64,000 bases of DNA, from assembly GCA_965217185.1 (NCBI GenBank), contig OZ244252.1:2624001-2688000 (forward strand), given 5' to 3'. Source of the DNA: an uncultured Candidatus Entotheonella sp. GTDB taxonomy: Bacteria; Tectomicrobia; Entotheonellia; Entotheonellales; Entotheonellaceae. The first letter of the stretch is position 1; the number at the start of each line of letters is the position of its first letter. The notes beneath the pieces were generated by a model that saw only the letters and a list, made by a program, of their open reading frames with translations, made no database searches and was not told where the DNA came from. The translations under genes were made by a program, and so were the position numbers. Below are positions 17,788 to 30,112 of the stretch, in pieces.

Positions 17788-20054
17788 AGCGAATCCCGTG
17801 CTGCCCGGTTAGCGGCCAGATGGCCGCGAATTTCATCCAGAAGAATCTCACCGTACTTGCGGGCCTTTTCCTCACCAATCCCGTAAATCTCCAACAGGGC
17901 GTGGCGCTCGGTGGGCAGCCGCTGCGCCAGTTCCCGCAGTGTGCGGTTGTTGACGATGCAATACGCCGGCAGGGACTCGGCCTCTGCCAGTGACTTGCGC
18001 CGTGCCTGTAAGCGCTGCAGCAAAACGGCATCATATTCGGGCTCGGGCTCCGAAGCCTGTGAGGGGGTCTGGAAATCCGCCGCGGAGAGCACGTCAGGCG
18101 TCAGCGATGGGATCGCCGCGGCGGAGTCCTCAGGTTCGGCAGGTCGGGGCCGGGCCGACGGCGCGGCAGCTTGACGGGGCGTCGTCCCAATATCGGGCAA
18201 GAGCGGCAACTGGATATCCTGCTGGCGGCGCATCACCACCTGTCCGTGATCCGTAATTTCCAGCTTCGGGTATTCGTCCCCCAAGACGTCGATGCAGCCC
18301 GCGCCGATCAACGCCTCCAAGTAGGCATCGATCATCTCACGCGGCGAACCTTTCAAAATGCCGTAGGTCGATAACTGCGACAGGTGCGTACCGCGAATCT
18401 CTCGCGCCCGAGAGCCCTGCAGAACCTGCACGACCCGGGCGCGGCCGTAGCGCCCGTGCATGCGGGTCACGCAACTGAGAATCTTCTGGATATTCAGCCA
18501 CTCGCCCTCCGAAGGGGTACGCGCCGGACTTGCCGCCGCGCTCTTGGGAACCGTATCGCTCAGGCAATGATCGCAGGCCGCGCAGTTCGGCTTGTCCCAG
18601 GTCTCGCCGAAATATCCCAGTATCTTCTGCCGCCGGCATTGACGGGCGTTGGCATAGCCGACCATGCGGCGGACTTTGGCCAATTCCTGTTGGCGACGCT
18701 GACGTAGAGCGTCATCGTCCAGAACCAGCGCATGTGGCAGAACCGGCTCCCCGGTCAGACGCATCAACGTGTTTGGCGTACCGGCCGACAGGTCGTCTCC
18801 CGTCTCAAAATTCGTCAGTTGCTCAATGTAACCCGCCTTTTCCAACAGCCGGGCAGTCGCGGCGAGTTGCATGGCGCTGCTGCCGCGTCCCAAGTGCCGC
18901 AGCAGGGTCGCCAATTGCACGTCTGTACCCGGTGGCCCCACCCCCGCGATCAACTCGTAGACCCGCTCCATCACCTCGCGCGTCGGGTTGTTGTGCTCGA
19001 TCAGGAACTCCTGGATGCGCACGTCGCCGTAGCTGAACAGCAATACGCATTGCGCCTCGGCGCCGTCCCGCCCAGCGCGCCCCGCTTCCTGGTAATAAGC
19101 CTCCAGCGAGCGCGGCAGGTTGAAGTGCACGACCCAGTGCACGTCGGGCTTGTCGATCCCCATGCCAAAGGCATTGGTCGCCACGATCAGGCCATTTGGC
19201 CGCTCCATGAAGGCGTCCTGGGCCTGCTTGCGCGCCGCGTCCGACAGCCCGGCGTGGTAGAGCAGCACCTCCGCGCCCCGCTCTTGCAGAAAGGCGGCGA
19301 CCTCCTGCGCGGCCCGGCGCGTCGAGGTGTAGACGATCGTGCTGCCGTCCCGCTGGGCGACGAGCACTTCCTGCAGGGCTTGCAACTTGGCCTTCTGGCC
19401 GTTCAGGCTCAGCACCCGATAAACCAGGTTGGGGCGGTCGAAGCCGTACACGAAGGGCTGCATGTCCGGGCGGCCCAACTGCTGCACGATGTCCTGCTGC
19501 ACGTCCACCGTCGCCGTGGCGGTGAGGGCCAGCACCTGCGGCCGGTCCGGCAACGCCACGGCTTCGCGGAGACGCAAGTAATCGGGGCGAAAATCATGCC
19601 CCCACTCAGAGATGCAATGGGCTTCGTCGATGGCGAACAGCGACACCCGCATGCAAGAAACGGCTTCTACGAAGCGCGCGCTGCGAAAGCGCTCCGGCGC
19701 GATGTACAGCAGGTCGTAGACGCCCGCCCGGCACGCCCGCAGCCGTTCCTGCTGCTCGCGCGGCGGCAGCGAGCTGTTGACGCACGTGGCGGCGATGCCT
19801 TGCGCCTGCAAGGCGTCAACCTGATCCTTCATCAGGGCGATGAGCGGCGAGATCACCAGCGCACAGCCCTCCCGAAACACTGCCGGCAATTGGTAGCAAA
19901 GGGATTTGCCGCTGCCGGTCGGCATGACCGCCAGGACGTCATGGCCTTGCAGCACCGTTTCGATAATGGCGGCCTGACCGGGCCGAAAATCGCGGTGCCC
20001 GAAGCGCTGGGACAGAACGTCACGGGCTCCACTCAGGGTGTCGGTGTCTGTCAT
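17784..20054 (-). CDS. recQ: RecQ family ATP-dependent DNA helicase (helicase, Zn-binding, RQC, HRDC)
   Basis: PTGSGKSLCYQ, DEAHCISEWGHDFRP, QEAGRAGRDG, CAACDHC, HRDC tail. Confidence 0.95.
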   Translation of the reverse strand: MTDTDTLSGARDVLSQRFGHRDFRPGQAAIIETVLQGHDVLAVMPTGSGKSLCYQLPAVFREGCALVISPLIALMKDQVDALQAQGIAATCVNSSLPPREQQERLRACRAGVYDLLYIAPERFRSARFVEAVSCMRVSLFAIDEAHCISEWGHDFRPDYLRLREAVALPDRPQVLALTATATVDVQQDIVQQLGRPDMQPFVYGFDRPNLVYRVLSLNGQKAKLQALQEVLVAQRDGSTIVYTSTRRAAQEVAAFLQERGAEVLLYHAGLSDAARKQAQDAFMERPNGLIVATNAFGMGIDKPDVHWVVHFNLPRSLEAYYQEAGRAGRDGAEAQCVLLFSYGDVRIQEFLIEHNNPTREVMERVYELIAGVGPPGTDVQLATLLRHLGRGSSAMQLAATARLLEKAGYIEQLTNFETGDDLSAGTPNTLMRLTGEPVLPHALVLDDDALRQRRQQELAKVRRMVGYANARQCRRQKILGYFGETWDKPNCAACDHCLSDTVPKSAAASPARTPSEGEWLNIQKILSCVTRMHGRYGRARVVQVLQGSRAREIRGTHLSQLSTYGILKGSPREMIDAYLEALIGAGCIDVLGDEYPKLEITDHGQVVMRRQQDIQLPLLPDIGTTPRQAAAPSARPRPAEPEDSAAAIPSLTPDVLSAADFQTPSQASEPEPEYDAVLLQRLQARRKSLAEAESLPAYCIVNNRTLRELAQRLPTERHALLEIYGIGEEKARKYGEILLDEIRGHLAANRAARDSL

Positions 20055-20168
20055 GGTTTTGTGGATTCAATGGAGGTGTGGAAACGAGCAGAACAGACGG
20101 GTACCAAACGAGGCGCAAGCATAGCCCAAGGGATCAACGATGGCCAACGCATATTTTGACAGATAAAA

Positions 20169-20197
20169 TTGACAATAAGATTGGTAGCCGTTACATT
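20169..20197 (+). promoter_or_regulatory. sigma70-type promoter of the suf operon
   Basis: TTGACA-17 bp-TACATT upstream of the regulator gene. Confidence 0.7.
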
Positions 20198-20234
20198 ACC
20201 CGGCACTATCCTCTCTTATTGAGGGAACTGAGCC

Positions 20235-20873
20235 ATGTTATCCGACATACGACATGACAATTCGCCGGCCGGCCAGATTCTGCGTCTCTTGCAACACCAG
20301 GGCAGACGCAGCATCAAGGAGATCGAAGCCGAGTTGGGCGTCACCACGACGGCCGTACGCCAGCAGTTGACGGCGCTGGTCGCCGCCGGTCTGGTGACGG
20401 CTGACACGGTGCGCGAAAAGCGAGGCCGTCCGCACGCTGTCTACAACCTTTCGGACAAAGGCCACGAGCTCTTCGCCCGCGGCTCGATGGACTTGGCGCA
20501 CGCCCTGCTCGGCGAAGTGCTGCAGCTCGGCGATCCCGGACTGGCACAGCAGCTTTTGAGCGGCGTCAGCACGCGCCTGGGGCGTCGTTACGCCGAGCAA
20601 ATGCACGGCATCGCGGTGCAGGAACGTTTGCAGGACTTGGCGGCTTGGCTCGAGGTGCACGGCATTCCCAGCAAGGTGGACGAAGAAGCCGACGCCTTCG
20701 TGTTGACCGAGTACGGCTGTCCGTACTACGGCTTGGCCCGCGAGCACCGCGAAGTGTGTGACATGGAAATTGAAGCGATGGAATTGGCCCTGGGGTCGCC
20801 GGTGACGCTGTGTCAATCGCAACTCGACGGGCACCATGGCTGCCAGTTTCAAGTGAAGAAACCTTCGGCATGA
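20235..20873 (+). CDS. SufR-like HTH transcriptional regulator
   Basis: N-terminal HTH, RGRP, C-terminal CPY...VC...GC cysteines; first gene of the suf cluster. Confidence 0.85.
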   Translation: MLSDIRHDNSPAGQILRLLQHQGRRSIKEIEAELGVTTTAVRQQLTALVAAGLVTADTVREKRGRPHAVYNLSDKGHELFARGSMDLAHALLGEVLQLGDPGLAQQLLSGVSTRLGRRYAEQMHGIAVQERLQDLAAWLEVHGIPSKVDEEADAFVLTEYGCPYYGLAREHREVCDMEIEAMELALGSPVTLCQSQLDGHHGCQFQVKKPSA

Positions 20874-20923
20874 AACCAGGCGCCCAGCGCTGAAGAAACG
20901 GAATTGACTTTCTTTAAGGAGAA

Positions 20924-21733
20924 ATGAGTCACATGGACTTGAGTATTCGGAACCTGCAGGTCAGTGTGGACGACAAGCCCATCCTGCGGGGCCTGAACCT
21001 GGAGATTAAACAGGGAGAGATTCACGCCCTGATGGGCCCTAACGGCTCGGGCAAAAGCACCCTGGCCTACGCCCTCATGGGCAATGAGAAGTACCGCGTG
21101 GACGCCGGCGAGATTCTGCTGGACGGTGAAAACCTGCTCGATCTCGCCGTTGACGAACGCGCCCACCGCGGCCTGTTCCTCGCCTTCCAATACCCCACCA
21201 CCATTCCCGGCGTCACCCTGGCTGATTTCCTGCGCCGCTCGGTCAGCGCCGTGCGCCGCGCCCGCGATAGCGCTGCCGAATCCCAAGAGACAACAACCGG
21301 TCAGGGCATGCTCGTACCGATGCGCGAGTTCCGGCGCGAACTGCTCGGCAAAATGAAGGACCTCGGCGTCGACCAGGCGTTTGCGCGCCGCTACCTGAAC
21401 GAGGGTTTTTCGGGTGGGGAAAAGAAACGCGTTGAAGTCCTACAACTCGCCATGCTGCAGCCGAAATTCGCCATTCTCGACGAAACCGACTCCGGTCTGG
21501 ATATCGATGCCCTGCGCACGGTGGCGGAAGGGGTCAGCGCCCTCGCCGGCTCGGAGCTCGGCGTCCTCGTCATCACCCATTATCAGCGCTTGTTGAACTA
21601 CATCAAACCACACTTCGTGCACATCCTCCTGGATGGGCAAATCGTTGAATCGGGTGGAGCGGACATGGCCGAAAAGCTGGACGCAAGCGGCTACGACGGG
21701 CTCCGCGAGAAGTACGCCGAACCGGTCGCTTAG
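20924..21733 (+). CDS. sufC: Fe-S cluster assembly ATPase
   Basis: [39 protein letters not shown]. Confidence 0.97.
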   Translation: MSHMDLSIRNLQVSVDDKPILRGLNLEIKQGEIHALMGPNGSGKSTLAYALMGNEKYRVDAGEILLDGENLLDLAVDERAHRGLFLAFQYPTTIPGVTLADFLRRSVSAVRRARDSAAESQETTTGQGMLVPMREFRRELLGKMKDLGVDQAFARRYLNEGFSGGEKKRVEVLQLAMLQPKFAILDETDSGLDIDALRTVAEGVSALAGSELGVLVITHYQRLLNYIKPHFVHILLDGQIVESGGADMAEKLDASGYDGLREKYAEPVA

Positions 21734-21777
21734 CGGCCCGGTCAATCGGCCAGGAACAGCACTTAAGGAGATTGCTC

Positions 21778-23199
<1,422 letters not shown>

Positions 23200-23211
23200 G
23201 GGGAGGAGAAC

Positions 23212-24540
23212 GTGGCCGTTGTAACGAATGCGAGTGACCTGAGCGCCGAGGCGGTTGAGACGCTCAGTGCCTCGAAGAACGAACCGGCGTGGATGCGCGA
23301 CAAGCGCCGCGCCGCTTGGCAACTCAGCCAGGAGTTGCCCATGCCGACCGATACCGACGAAGCATGGCGGCGCACGGATTTGCGGGGTCTGGATCTTGTC
23401 CAGTACGCAGCGCTACCGCCGCAGGCCGAGGCGGTTTTGACGCGGGAGCAGCTACCGGCCTACCTGGCGCCGCACCTGGCCATGCCGGAAACCACCGTTG
23501 GCGGCGTCATGGTTCACCAGGACGGCAGCGCCCTATGGCAAACGCTGGAAGCCGATTTGGCCCGGCAGGGAGTCATCTTCTGCGACCTCGACAGCGCGGT
23601 GCAGCAACACGCCGATCTCGTCGAAGCGCACTTCATGACCGAGGCCGTGCCTGTCGATACCGATGCCTTCACGGCCCTGCACGGTGCTTTGTGGCAAGGC
23701 GGTATCTTTCTGTACGTGCCCAGAGGCGTTCAGGTGCGGGTGCCGTTGCAGGCGCTGACCGCGCACGCCACGGCCTCCGGCATGGTGCAGCCGCACTTGC
23801 TGCTCATCGCCGATGTCCAGAGCGACGTAACCTTCGTGGATGAGCAATTCTCGCAGTCGGCCGATCTGCCGGGCTTCCACAACGGTGTCGTCGAGCTTTA
23901 CCTCAAGCCCGGCGCCCGGGCAACCTATTTACAACTCCAGAATTGGAGCCGCCGCCTGTGGGGCATCAGCCACCAACGCGCCGTGCTCGACGCCGACAGC
24001 CAACTCCACTGGGCCGCGGCGGGACTGGGAAGCCGTCTGTATTGGACCTCGCAGGACGTCTGGCTACGGGCGCCGGGCGCCAATTCGAAGCTCTTCGGTC
24101 TGAACTTCGCCGACGGACGCCAGCACCTGGATTACCAGACCCGCCAGGACCACACCGCGCCGCACACTGAAAGCGACCTGCTGTTCAAAGGCGTGGTTCT
24201 CGATCGGGCGCGGACCGTCTTTCGCGGCGTCCTGCATCTGCGCAAGGAGGCCCAGCAGACCAACGCCTACCAGGCCACCCACAACCTGCTGCTGAGCCCG
24301 AAGGCGCGCGCCGACGCCCTGCCCATCCTCGAAATCGAGGCCGACGACGTACGCTGCAAGCACGGCTCGACCACGGGCCGGGTGGACGAAGAACAAATGT
24401 TCTACCTGATGAGCCGGGGCTTGTCGCGCCAGGACGCCCAGCGCTTGATCGTCCAAGGCTTCTTCGAGACGGTCATCACCGAATTTCCGGTGGAGGGCGT
24501 GCAGGAGAAAATTCGTCTGGCGATCGAGGACAGGATTTAG
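23212..24540 (+). CDS. sufD: Fe-S cluster assembly protein
   Basis: EAWRRTD, PILEIEADDVRCKHG, FYLMSRG; follows sufB. Confidence 0.95.
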   Translation: MAVVTNASDLSAEAVETLSASKNEPAWMRDKRRAAWQLSQELPMPTDTDEAWRRTDLRGLDLVQYAALPPQAEAVLTREQLPAYLAPHLAMPETTVGGVMVHQDGSALWQTLEADLARQGVIFCDLDSAVQQHADLVEAHFMTEAVPVDTDAFTALHGALWQGGIFLYVPRGVQVRVPLQALTAHATASGMVQPHLLLIADVQSDVTFVDEQFSQSADLPGFHNGVVELYLKPGARATYLQLQNWSRRLWGISHQRAVLDADSQLHWAAAGLGSRLYWTSQDVWLRAPGANSKLFGLNFADGRQHLDYQTRQDHTAPHTESDLLFKGVVLDRARTVFRGVLHLRKEAQQTNAYQATHNLLLSPKARADALPILEIEADDVRCKHGSTTGRVDEEQMFYLMSRGLSRQDAQRLIVQGFFETVITEFPVEGVQEKIRLAIEDRI

Positions 24541-24586
24541 CGGGATGATTGATACGAAAATGTTCTAACGGGAAGGAATGGACGAC

Positions 24587-24901
24587 ATGCCAGAGTGGGT
24601 CAAGATTGCCGAGGCGGGGGAGTTGGCCCCCGGCGAGAAGAAACAGGTGGACCTGGACGGCCTGGAAGTGGCGCTGTTCAACGTCGACGGCGAATACTAC
24701 GTCATCGAAGACGTGTGCACGCACGACGGCGCGCCCCTGGCGCACGGCAAATTTGCCGGCAAGGAAATCAACTGCCCACGACACGGCGCGCGCTTCGACG
24801 TCTGCACTGGCGCCGCCCTGTGCATGCCGGCCATTGAGTCGGTGGACACCTATGAGGTCAAAATCGACGGTAACGACATCTGCATCGAGGTCGATCTGTA
24901 G
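24587..24901 (+). CDS. Rieske-type ferredoxin
   Basis: CTHD...CPRHG Rieske motif. Confidence 0.92.
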   Translation: MPEWVKIAEAGELAPGEKKQVDLDGLEVALFNVDGEYYVIEDVCTHDGAPLAHGKFAGKEINCPRHGARFDVCTGAALCMPAIESVDTYEVKIDGNDICIEVDL

Positions 24902-24944
24902 ACGGCCGCGAGGGAATTTTCTGCCAGCTTGAGAGGATGCACGG

Positions 24945-25244
24945 ATGCTTGATCAAGAAACAATCTACGAGGCCCTGAAGCAGGTCATCGACCCGGAGGT
25001 CGGGCTCAACATCGTCGACATGGGGCTGATCTACGATATTGAGATCGGCGACCAAAAAATTGATCTGACCATGACCCTGACCAGCCCCGCCTGCCCCGCC
25101 GGTCCGATGATCCTGACGCAGATCGACGATCAGCTGAAGACCTTGGAAAACGTCGAGGACGTTGACATCAAGGTCGTCTGGAGCCCGCCCTGGACCCCGG
25201 ACATGCTGTCGGAAGACGGCAAGGACCAACTGGGGATCTTCTAG
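24945..25244 (+). CDS. sufT: DUF59 metal-sulfur cluster assembly factor
   Basis: DPE.GLNIVDMGLIY, TLTSPACP, PPWTP. Confidence 0.9.
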   Translation: MLDQETIYEALKQVIDPEVGLNIVDMGLIYDIEIGDQKIDLTMTLTSPACPAGPMILTQIDDQLKTLENVEDVDIKVVWSPPWTPDMLSEDGKDQLGIF

Positions 25245-25246
25245 CG

Positions 25247-25696
25247 ATGCACGAGACGGCATGCCCCGAGGCGCTGCAAGACATCATCGAGGAGTTCAGC
25301 AGCGCCGCGCCCGAGGAACGCCTGGAACTGCTGCTGGAATTCGCCATGGACCTGCCGGACCTGCCGGAGGAATTGCACCACGCCCGCGACACCATGGAGC
25401 AGGTGCACGAGTGCCAGAGCCCTGTCTTCCTGCACGCCTCGCTGCAGGACGGCCGCATGGTGTACCACATCGACGTGCCCCGCGAGGCGCCCACCGTGCG
25501 CGGCTTCGCGAGCATCCTCCACAGCGGCCTGAACGGCGCCACGCCGGCAGCCATCGCCGCCACCCCCACCAATCTCTACCAGCAACTCGGCCTGCACAAG
25601 GTCATCTCACCCCTGCGGCTGCGCGGCCTGGCGGCCCTGCTGCACCGCATGAAACGCAACGCCAAGGAACTAGCGGCTACATGTAGGTCGGATTAG
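25247..25696 (+). CDS. sufE: SufE family sulfur acceptor
   Basis: VHECQSPVF, APTVRGFA, SPLRLRG. Confidence 0.9.
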   Translation: MHETACPEALQDIIEEFSSAAPEERLELLLEFAMDLPDLPEELHHARDTMEQVHECQSPVFLHASLQDGRMVYHIDVPREAPTVRGFASILHSGLNGATPAAIAATPTNLYQQLGLHKVISPLRLRGLAALLHRMKRNAKELAATCRSD

Positions 25697-25721
25697 CGAA
25701 GCGTAATCCGACATTCCACCG
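25683..25721 (+). repeat. GTAG-type REP palindrome
   Basis: GTAGGTCGGATTAGCGAAGCGTAATCCGACATTCCACCG. Confidence 0.9.
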
Positions 25722-25723
25722 CC

Positions 25724-26944
25724 TTATTCAAGCCCCGTAATCGGCGTATCCACCAACTCCGGAAACACCCCGCCCTCGTAAGCGTGCCGCTCTGCAACTT
25801 CTTCGTTCAGCTCGATACCCAAGCCCGGCTTGGTCGGCGGAATGATGAAGCCGTCCTGCCACTGAATGGGCTCCTTCACCACCTCGCCGTAAAACCCCCC
25901 AAAGGTTTCGATGCTCTCCTGGATCAGGAAATTCGGGCTGCAGGTGGCGATCTGGATATTGGCCGCCGCTTCCAGCGGCCCACAGTAGAGATGCGGGGCG
26001 ATCTGGACATAATACGCCTCGGCCATGCCGGCGATTTTCTTCGCTTCCAGGATGCCGCCGACGCGCCCCAAGGCGGGCTGCAGAATGGCCGCCGCCTGTT
26101 TTTCGAGCAGCGGCGCGAACTGGTACTTGGTGGTCAGCCGCTCACCGGTAGCCACGGGGATGCAGGTCGAATGCGCCACCCGCGCCATCTCGTTCAGGTT
26201 TTCCGGCGGCACCGGCTCCTCGAACCACAGCGGCTCATACGGCTCCAGGCGGCGGGCAAAGCGAATCGCAGCGGCCGTCGTCATCTGCCCGTGCGTGCCG
26301 ATGAGCAGATCGCATTTGCTCCCCACCGCCTCCCGCATGTTCTTGACCACCAGCTCGGCGTTATCCAGCACCTCAAGCGTAAGTTGCCTGGGGTCGAAGG
26401 CACCCATCGGCATGATCGGATCGAACTTCAGGGCGGTGAAGCCCTGTTCGAGGTATTGCAGAGCCCGGCGCGGCGCGCGTTCCGGGTCGCCGAAGATGTT
26501 GGCGACCTCAAGCGCGTCCGAAGTCCCGTCCGGCTCCGCGGGGGCGGGGTAAAGATACGTGTAGGATCGCAATTTCTCGTGCACCTGGCCGCCAAGCAGG
26601 TTGTAGACCGGCTGGTTGAGCGCCTTGCCCACGATGTCCCAGCAGGCCATTTCGATACCGCTCAGCACCCCCATGAGGCTCAGATCCGGGTGCTGCGTGT
26701 AGCCGCTCGAATAGATGATGCGCCAGAGTTTTTCGATCTGGAACGGATTCGCGCCGACGACATAGCGCTCGACCACGTCCTCGACGAGGCGCGCCACCAA
26801 CTTCGGGTGAAACGGCACGCCGTAAGCCTCGCCAAAGCCCTCCACGTTGTCATCCGTCGTCAGCTTCAAGAATACCCAGTACCCGCCGCCGTGGTGTGGC
26901 GGCGGATTACCCACTACGTAGGTTTTGACGTCTTTGATTTTCAT
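25724..26944 (-). CDS. Mandelate racemase/galactonate dehydratase-like enzyme
   Basis: IEMACWDIVGK, ALKFD, GTHGQ, WFEEP, ATGERL, APH. Confidence 0.92.
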   Translation of the reverse strand: MKIKDVKTYVVGNPPPHHGGGYWVFLKLTTDDNVEGFGEAYGVPFHPKLVARLVEDVVERYVVGANPFQIEKLWRIIYSSGYTQHPDLSLMGVLSGIEMACWDIVGKALNQPVYNLLGGQVHEKLRSYTYLYPAPAEPDGTSDALEVANIFGDPERAPRRALQYLEQGFTALKFDPIMPMGAFDPRQLTLEVLDNAELVVKNMREAVGSKCDLLIGTHGQMTTAAAIRFARRLEPYEPLWFEEPVPPENLNEMARVAHSTCIPVATGERLTTKYQFAPLLEKQAAAILQPALGRVGGILEAKKIAGMAEAYYVQIAPHLYCGPLEAAANIQIATCSPNFLIQESIETFGGFYGEVVKEPIQWQDGFIIPPTKPGLGIELNEEVAERHAYEGGVFPELVDTPITGLE

Positions 26945-27279
26945 CGGTTTTTCACCTCATCTTCCACAGCACGATCTTGCCCGTTCGAAATCTTCCCAGT
27001 AAGTGGGTAGCCGGGTCGTGCGAAAATCTCGGCGATGTACTTGTCGCCGAACACCCATAGGACACGAATCCGAGCATCCTAACAGGAATGCCTGCGTTGT
27101 TCACATTGGTTTGCCATAGTGCGGAAGCAGAATTTGGAAATTGAGCCGCACGAGCGTTGCCGCTACACTTCGATGCCGCTGCCACGCACCCCGGCCCGGG
27201 ATGCCGCAGATTTGCCAAAGCCTGACAGACAACGCTCGGAACGACGTTTCTCACCCCGCGCTCCAAACGGGAGTTCACC

Positions 27280-28425
27280 ATGCAATGCCAACGACATCTT
27301 TTCTCCATACCGGCGTCTCAGCACTACCTGAACTGCGCCTACATGTCGCCCCTGCTGAAATCGGTGCAAGACGCCGGGATCGCCGCTGTCGGCCTGAAAG
27401 CCTCCCCCGCCGACATCGGCGGGGCGGAATTTTTCGAGCCCGTCGAAACCCTGCGCGACCGTTTTGCCCGCCTCGTCAACACCTCGGCCGACCGGATCGC
27501 CTGCATCCCTGCCGCCAGTTACGGGGTGGCCGTGGCGGTCCACAATACACCGCTGCGGGCCGGGCAGAACGTGGTCATCCCGGCAGAAGAATTTCCGAGC
27601 AACGTCTACGGCTGGATGTCTGCCTGCGACCGCAGCGGCGCTGAATTGCGCCTGGTCGAACGCCCCGACGGACCGCCGTCTGCAGCGGCGTGGAATGCGC
27701 GCGTGCTGGAGGCCATCGACCGCAATACCGCGTCGGTGACACTCACTGACGTCCACTATACGGACGGCACCCCCTTTGATCTCGAAGCCATCGGTCAGCG
27801 GGCGCGCGAGGTCGGCGCCCTGTTCGTCGTCGATGGCACCCAATCGGTCGGCGCCCTGCCCTTCGATTTTGACCGCCTGCAACCGGACCTGTTGGTGTGC
27901 GCCGGTTACAAGTGGATGCTTGGCCCTTATCAGTACGGCCTCATCGCGGTCGGCGACCGGCTGCTGGACGGCGAGCCTTTCGAGCACAACTGGATTAACC
28001 GCAAGGACAGCGAGAACTTCAGCAACCTGAGCCAGTTCCGGCGCGAGTACCAGCCCGGCGCCCAGCGCTTCGACACCGGCGAGCGCTCGAATTTCATCCT
28101 GGTGGCAATGCTCAACGAGGGGCTGAAGCAGATTCTGACGTGGGGTGTGACGGCCATCCGGGACTACTGCGCCGTGCTGAGCGGCGACGTGGAAGCGGCA
28201 CTGGCGGACAGCCCATACGTCATGGCGCCGGCAGCGGAGCGCTCCCCGCACCTGTTCGGCATTCGTGTGCCCGACGGTGAGCGGCTGCCGGCCATCCTGG
28301 AGGACCTACGCCGCCGCCAGGTGCACGTGTCGCAGCGCGGCACCTCGTTGCGGGTATCGCCGCACGTCTACAACACCCCCGATGACCTCGGCGCCTTGGT
28401 TGAGGCCCTGCGCGCATTTGCGTAG
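27280..28425 (+). CDS. Class V aminotransferase-fold PLP-dependent enzyme
   Basis: YLNCA, EFPSN, VDGTQSVG, AGYKWMLGP, RVSPHVYN. Confidence 0.9.
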   Translation: MQCQRHLFSIPASQHYLNCAYMSPLLKSVQDAGIAAVGLKASPADIGGAEFFEPVETLRDRFARLVNTSADRIACIPAASYGVAVAVHNTPLRAGQNVVIPAEEFPSNVYGWMSACDRSGAELRLVERPDGPPSAAAWNARVLEAIDRNTASVTLTDVHYTDGTPFDLEAIGQRAREVGALFVVDGTQSVGALPFDFDRLQPDLLVCAGYKWMLGPYQYGLIAVGDRLLDGEPFEHNWINRKDSENFSNLSQFRREYQPGAQRFDTGERSNFILVAMLNEGLKQILTWGVTAIRDYCAVLSGDVEAALADSPYVMAPAAERSPHLFGIRVPDGERLPAILEDLRRRQVHVSQRGTSLRVSPHVYNTPDDLGALVEALRAFA

Positions 28426-28460
28426 GTCGGATTAGCGAAGCGTAATCCGACATTCCACCG
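28422..28460 (+). repeat. GTAG-type REP palindrome
   Basis: Identical to the 25683 copy over 39 bp; its TAG is the stop codon of the upstream gene. Confidence 0.9.
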
Positions 28461-28571
28461 TGTGATCCGGTGCCGCAGTACAACCGTTTGTGTCACCGGC
28501 GGTCTACGGCTATTCTGGCACTTGCTTGCCATTCCGACAGCACTCATACCCCATACCAAGAAGGCACTCTC

Positions 28572-29609
28572 ATGATCGCACGCCCCTGGCAGTTTATTCA
28601 GATCGCAGCCCTGATATCCGTGCTCTTTGCCGCCCTTGTCACGCCTGCCGGCGCCCAGGACGCCTATCCCGACGGCCTGTACGCTGAAATGCACACCTCG
28701 AAGGGCCTGATCGTGCTGCGTCTGGCCTACGAAGAGGCGCCCATGACGGTGGTGAATTTCGTCGGCTTGGCGGAAGGCACCAAGGACTCCAACAAGCCGG
28801 CGGGAACGCCGTTTTACGACGGCCTGACGTTTCACCGCGTCATCGAAAGTTTCATGATCCAGGGCGGCGACCCGGAAGGCAGCGGGCGCGGCGGTCCCGG
28901 CTATAACTTCCCCGACGAGATTCACCCCAGCCTGCGGCACGACGGCCCTGGCATGCTGTCCATGGCAAACGCCGGCCGCAACACGAACGGCAGCCAGTTC
29001 TTCATCACCCACAAGGCAACGCCGTGGCTGGACGGCAAGCACGCGGTGTTCGGACGGGTCATTCAGGGACAGGACGTCGTCGATGCCATCGAGCAGGGTG
29101 ACAAGCTGGAAAGGCTGACGATCGTGCGGGTGGGCGACACGGCCAAGGCGTTCAAGGCGGACCAGGCAACGTTCGACGGCATGATCGCGGAGATCGCGGG
29201 CGCCGAAGAGGCGCACGCCAAGAAGGAATACGATACCGCCATGGCGGTGCTGGAAGAAGCGTACCCCGGCCAGATGCAGACCACCGAATCGGGACTCATT
29301 TATATCGTCGTTGAGGCGGGAGACGGTCCCAAGCCGCAACCCGGCACCCGCATCCAGGCCCACTACACGGGCAAATTTCTGAGCGGCAGGGTGTTCGACA
29401 GCTCGGTGCAGCGCGGTGAGCCGTTTGAATTCGAAGTCGGGATGGGGCGCGTCATCAAGGGATGGGACGAGGCGTTGCTGGACATGCAGAAGGGGGAGAA
29501 ACGCATCCTGATCGTTCCCAGCCATCTCGGCTACGGTGAACGGGGTCATCCGCCGGTCATCCCGCCGCAGGCCACGCTGGTGTTCGACGTGGAGCTGGTC
29601 GATTTCTAA
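28572..29609 (+). CDS. Exported dual cyclophilin + FKBP peptidyl-prolyl isomerase
   Basis: Signal peptide; [25 protein letters not shown]; then HYTGK, FDSS, VIKGWDE, LGYG, LVFDVEL. Confidence 0.95.
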   Translation: MIARPWQFIQIAALISVLFAALVTPAGAQDAYPDGLYAEMHTSKGLIVLRLAYEEAPMTVVNFVGLAEGTKDSNKPAGTPFYDGLTFHRVIESFMIQGGDPEGSGRGGPGYNFPDEIHPSLRHDGPGMLSMANAGRNTNGSQFFITHKATPWLDGKHAVFGRVIQGQDVVDAIEQGDKLERLTIVRVGDTAKAFKADQATFDGMIAEIAGAEEAHAKKEYDTAMAVLEEAYPGQMQTTESGLIYIVVEAGDGPKPQPGTRIQAHYTGKFLSGRVFDSSVQRGEPFEFEVGMGRVIKGWDEALLDMQKGEKRILIVPSHLGYGERGHPPVIPPQATLVFDVELVDF

Positions 29610-29621
29610 GCCTGTTGACCT

Positions 29622-29663
29622 GTAGGTCGGAGCAGCGAAGCGTAATCCGCCAATCCGACCTAC
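29622..29663. repeat. Collapsed inverted pair of GTAG REPs
   Basis: GTAGGTCGGA...TCCGACCTAC. Confidence 0.8.
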
Positions 29664-29670
29664 GCCCTCG

Positions 29671-29979
29671 TTAGGCCACGCCTTCCGGCTCCGCCTCTTC
29701 GGGCAACGCTTTGAATGCCGTGACCATCTCCTGCCAATCCACCTGCCCGAGCGCCCAGGCCAGCAGATCGGCGCCGAGGCATTCCGGCACGTCGTTCTCG
29801 TTCACGCCCAGAAGCCCCTCCCACACGTGTTCCTCAGCCCACTCGCTGAGCCGTTCCTCCGGCGCCCGCCCGGCGGCAATCTCCCGCACCGTCGCCAAGT
29901 GCTCGTCGTCAGCGGAAAGCCACGTATGCACCGCCCATGTGGTATAGTTGCGCCAACCGTTATACCCTGATTCGATCAT
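29671..29979 (-). CDS. Hypothetical protein with a phage-type YNGWxNYxTW N-terminus
   Basis: MIESGYNGWRNYTTWAVHTWL...DLL..AL.QVDWQE; AAGGA RBS. Confidence 0.75.
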   Translation of the reverse strand: MIESGYNGWRNYTTWAVHTWLSADDEHLATVREIAAGRAPEERLSEWAEEHVWEGLLGVNENDVPECLGADLLAWALGQVDWQEMVTAFKALPEEAEPEGVA

Positions 29980-30112
29980 GACCGAAGTCCTTTCCTTACA
30001 GTGATTTGACTGTCTGTTACGCGACACGATCAGAACACATTTAGCCGCTTGCTACAAGTCCCGAAACTCGCCGGTGCGGCCCGCCCGCCGCCGTCAGTCC
30101 GAAGGAGAAACG

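Noticed and set aside
27280..28425. sufS call for the class V enzyme
   Set aside because: It lacks the catalytic cysteine loop and is separated from the operon by an opposite-strand gene.
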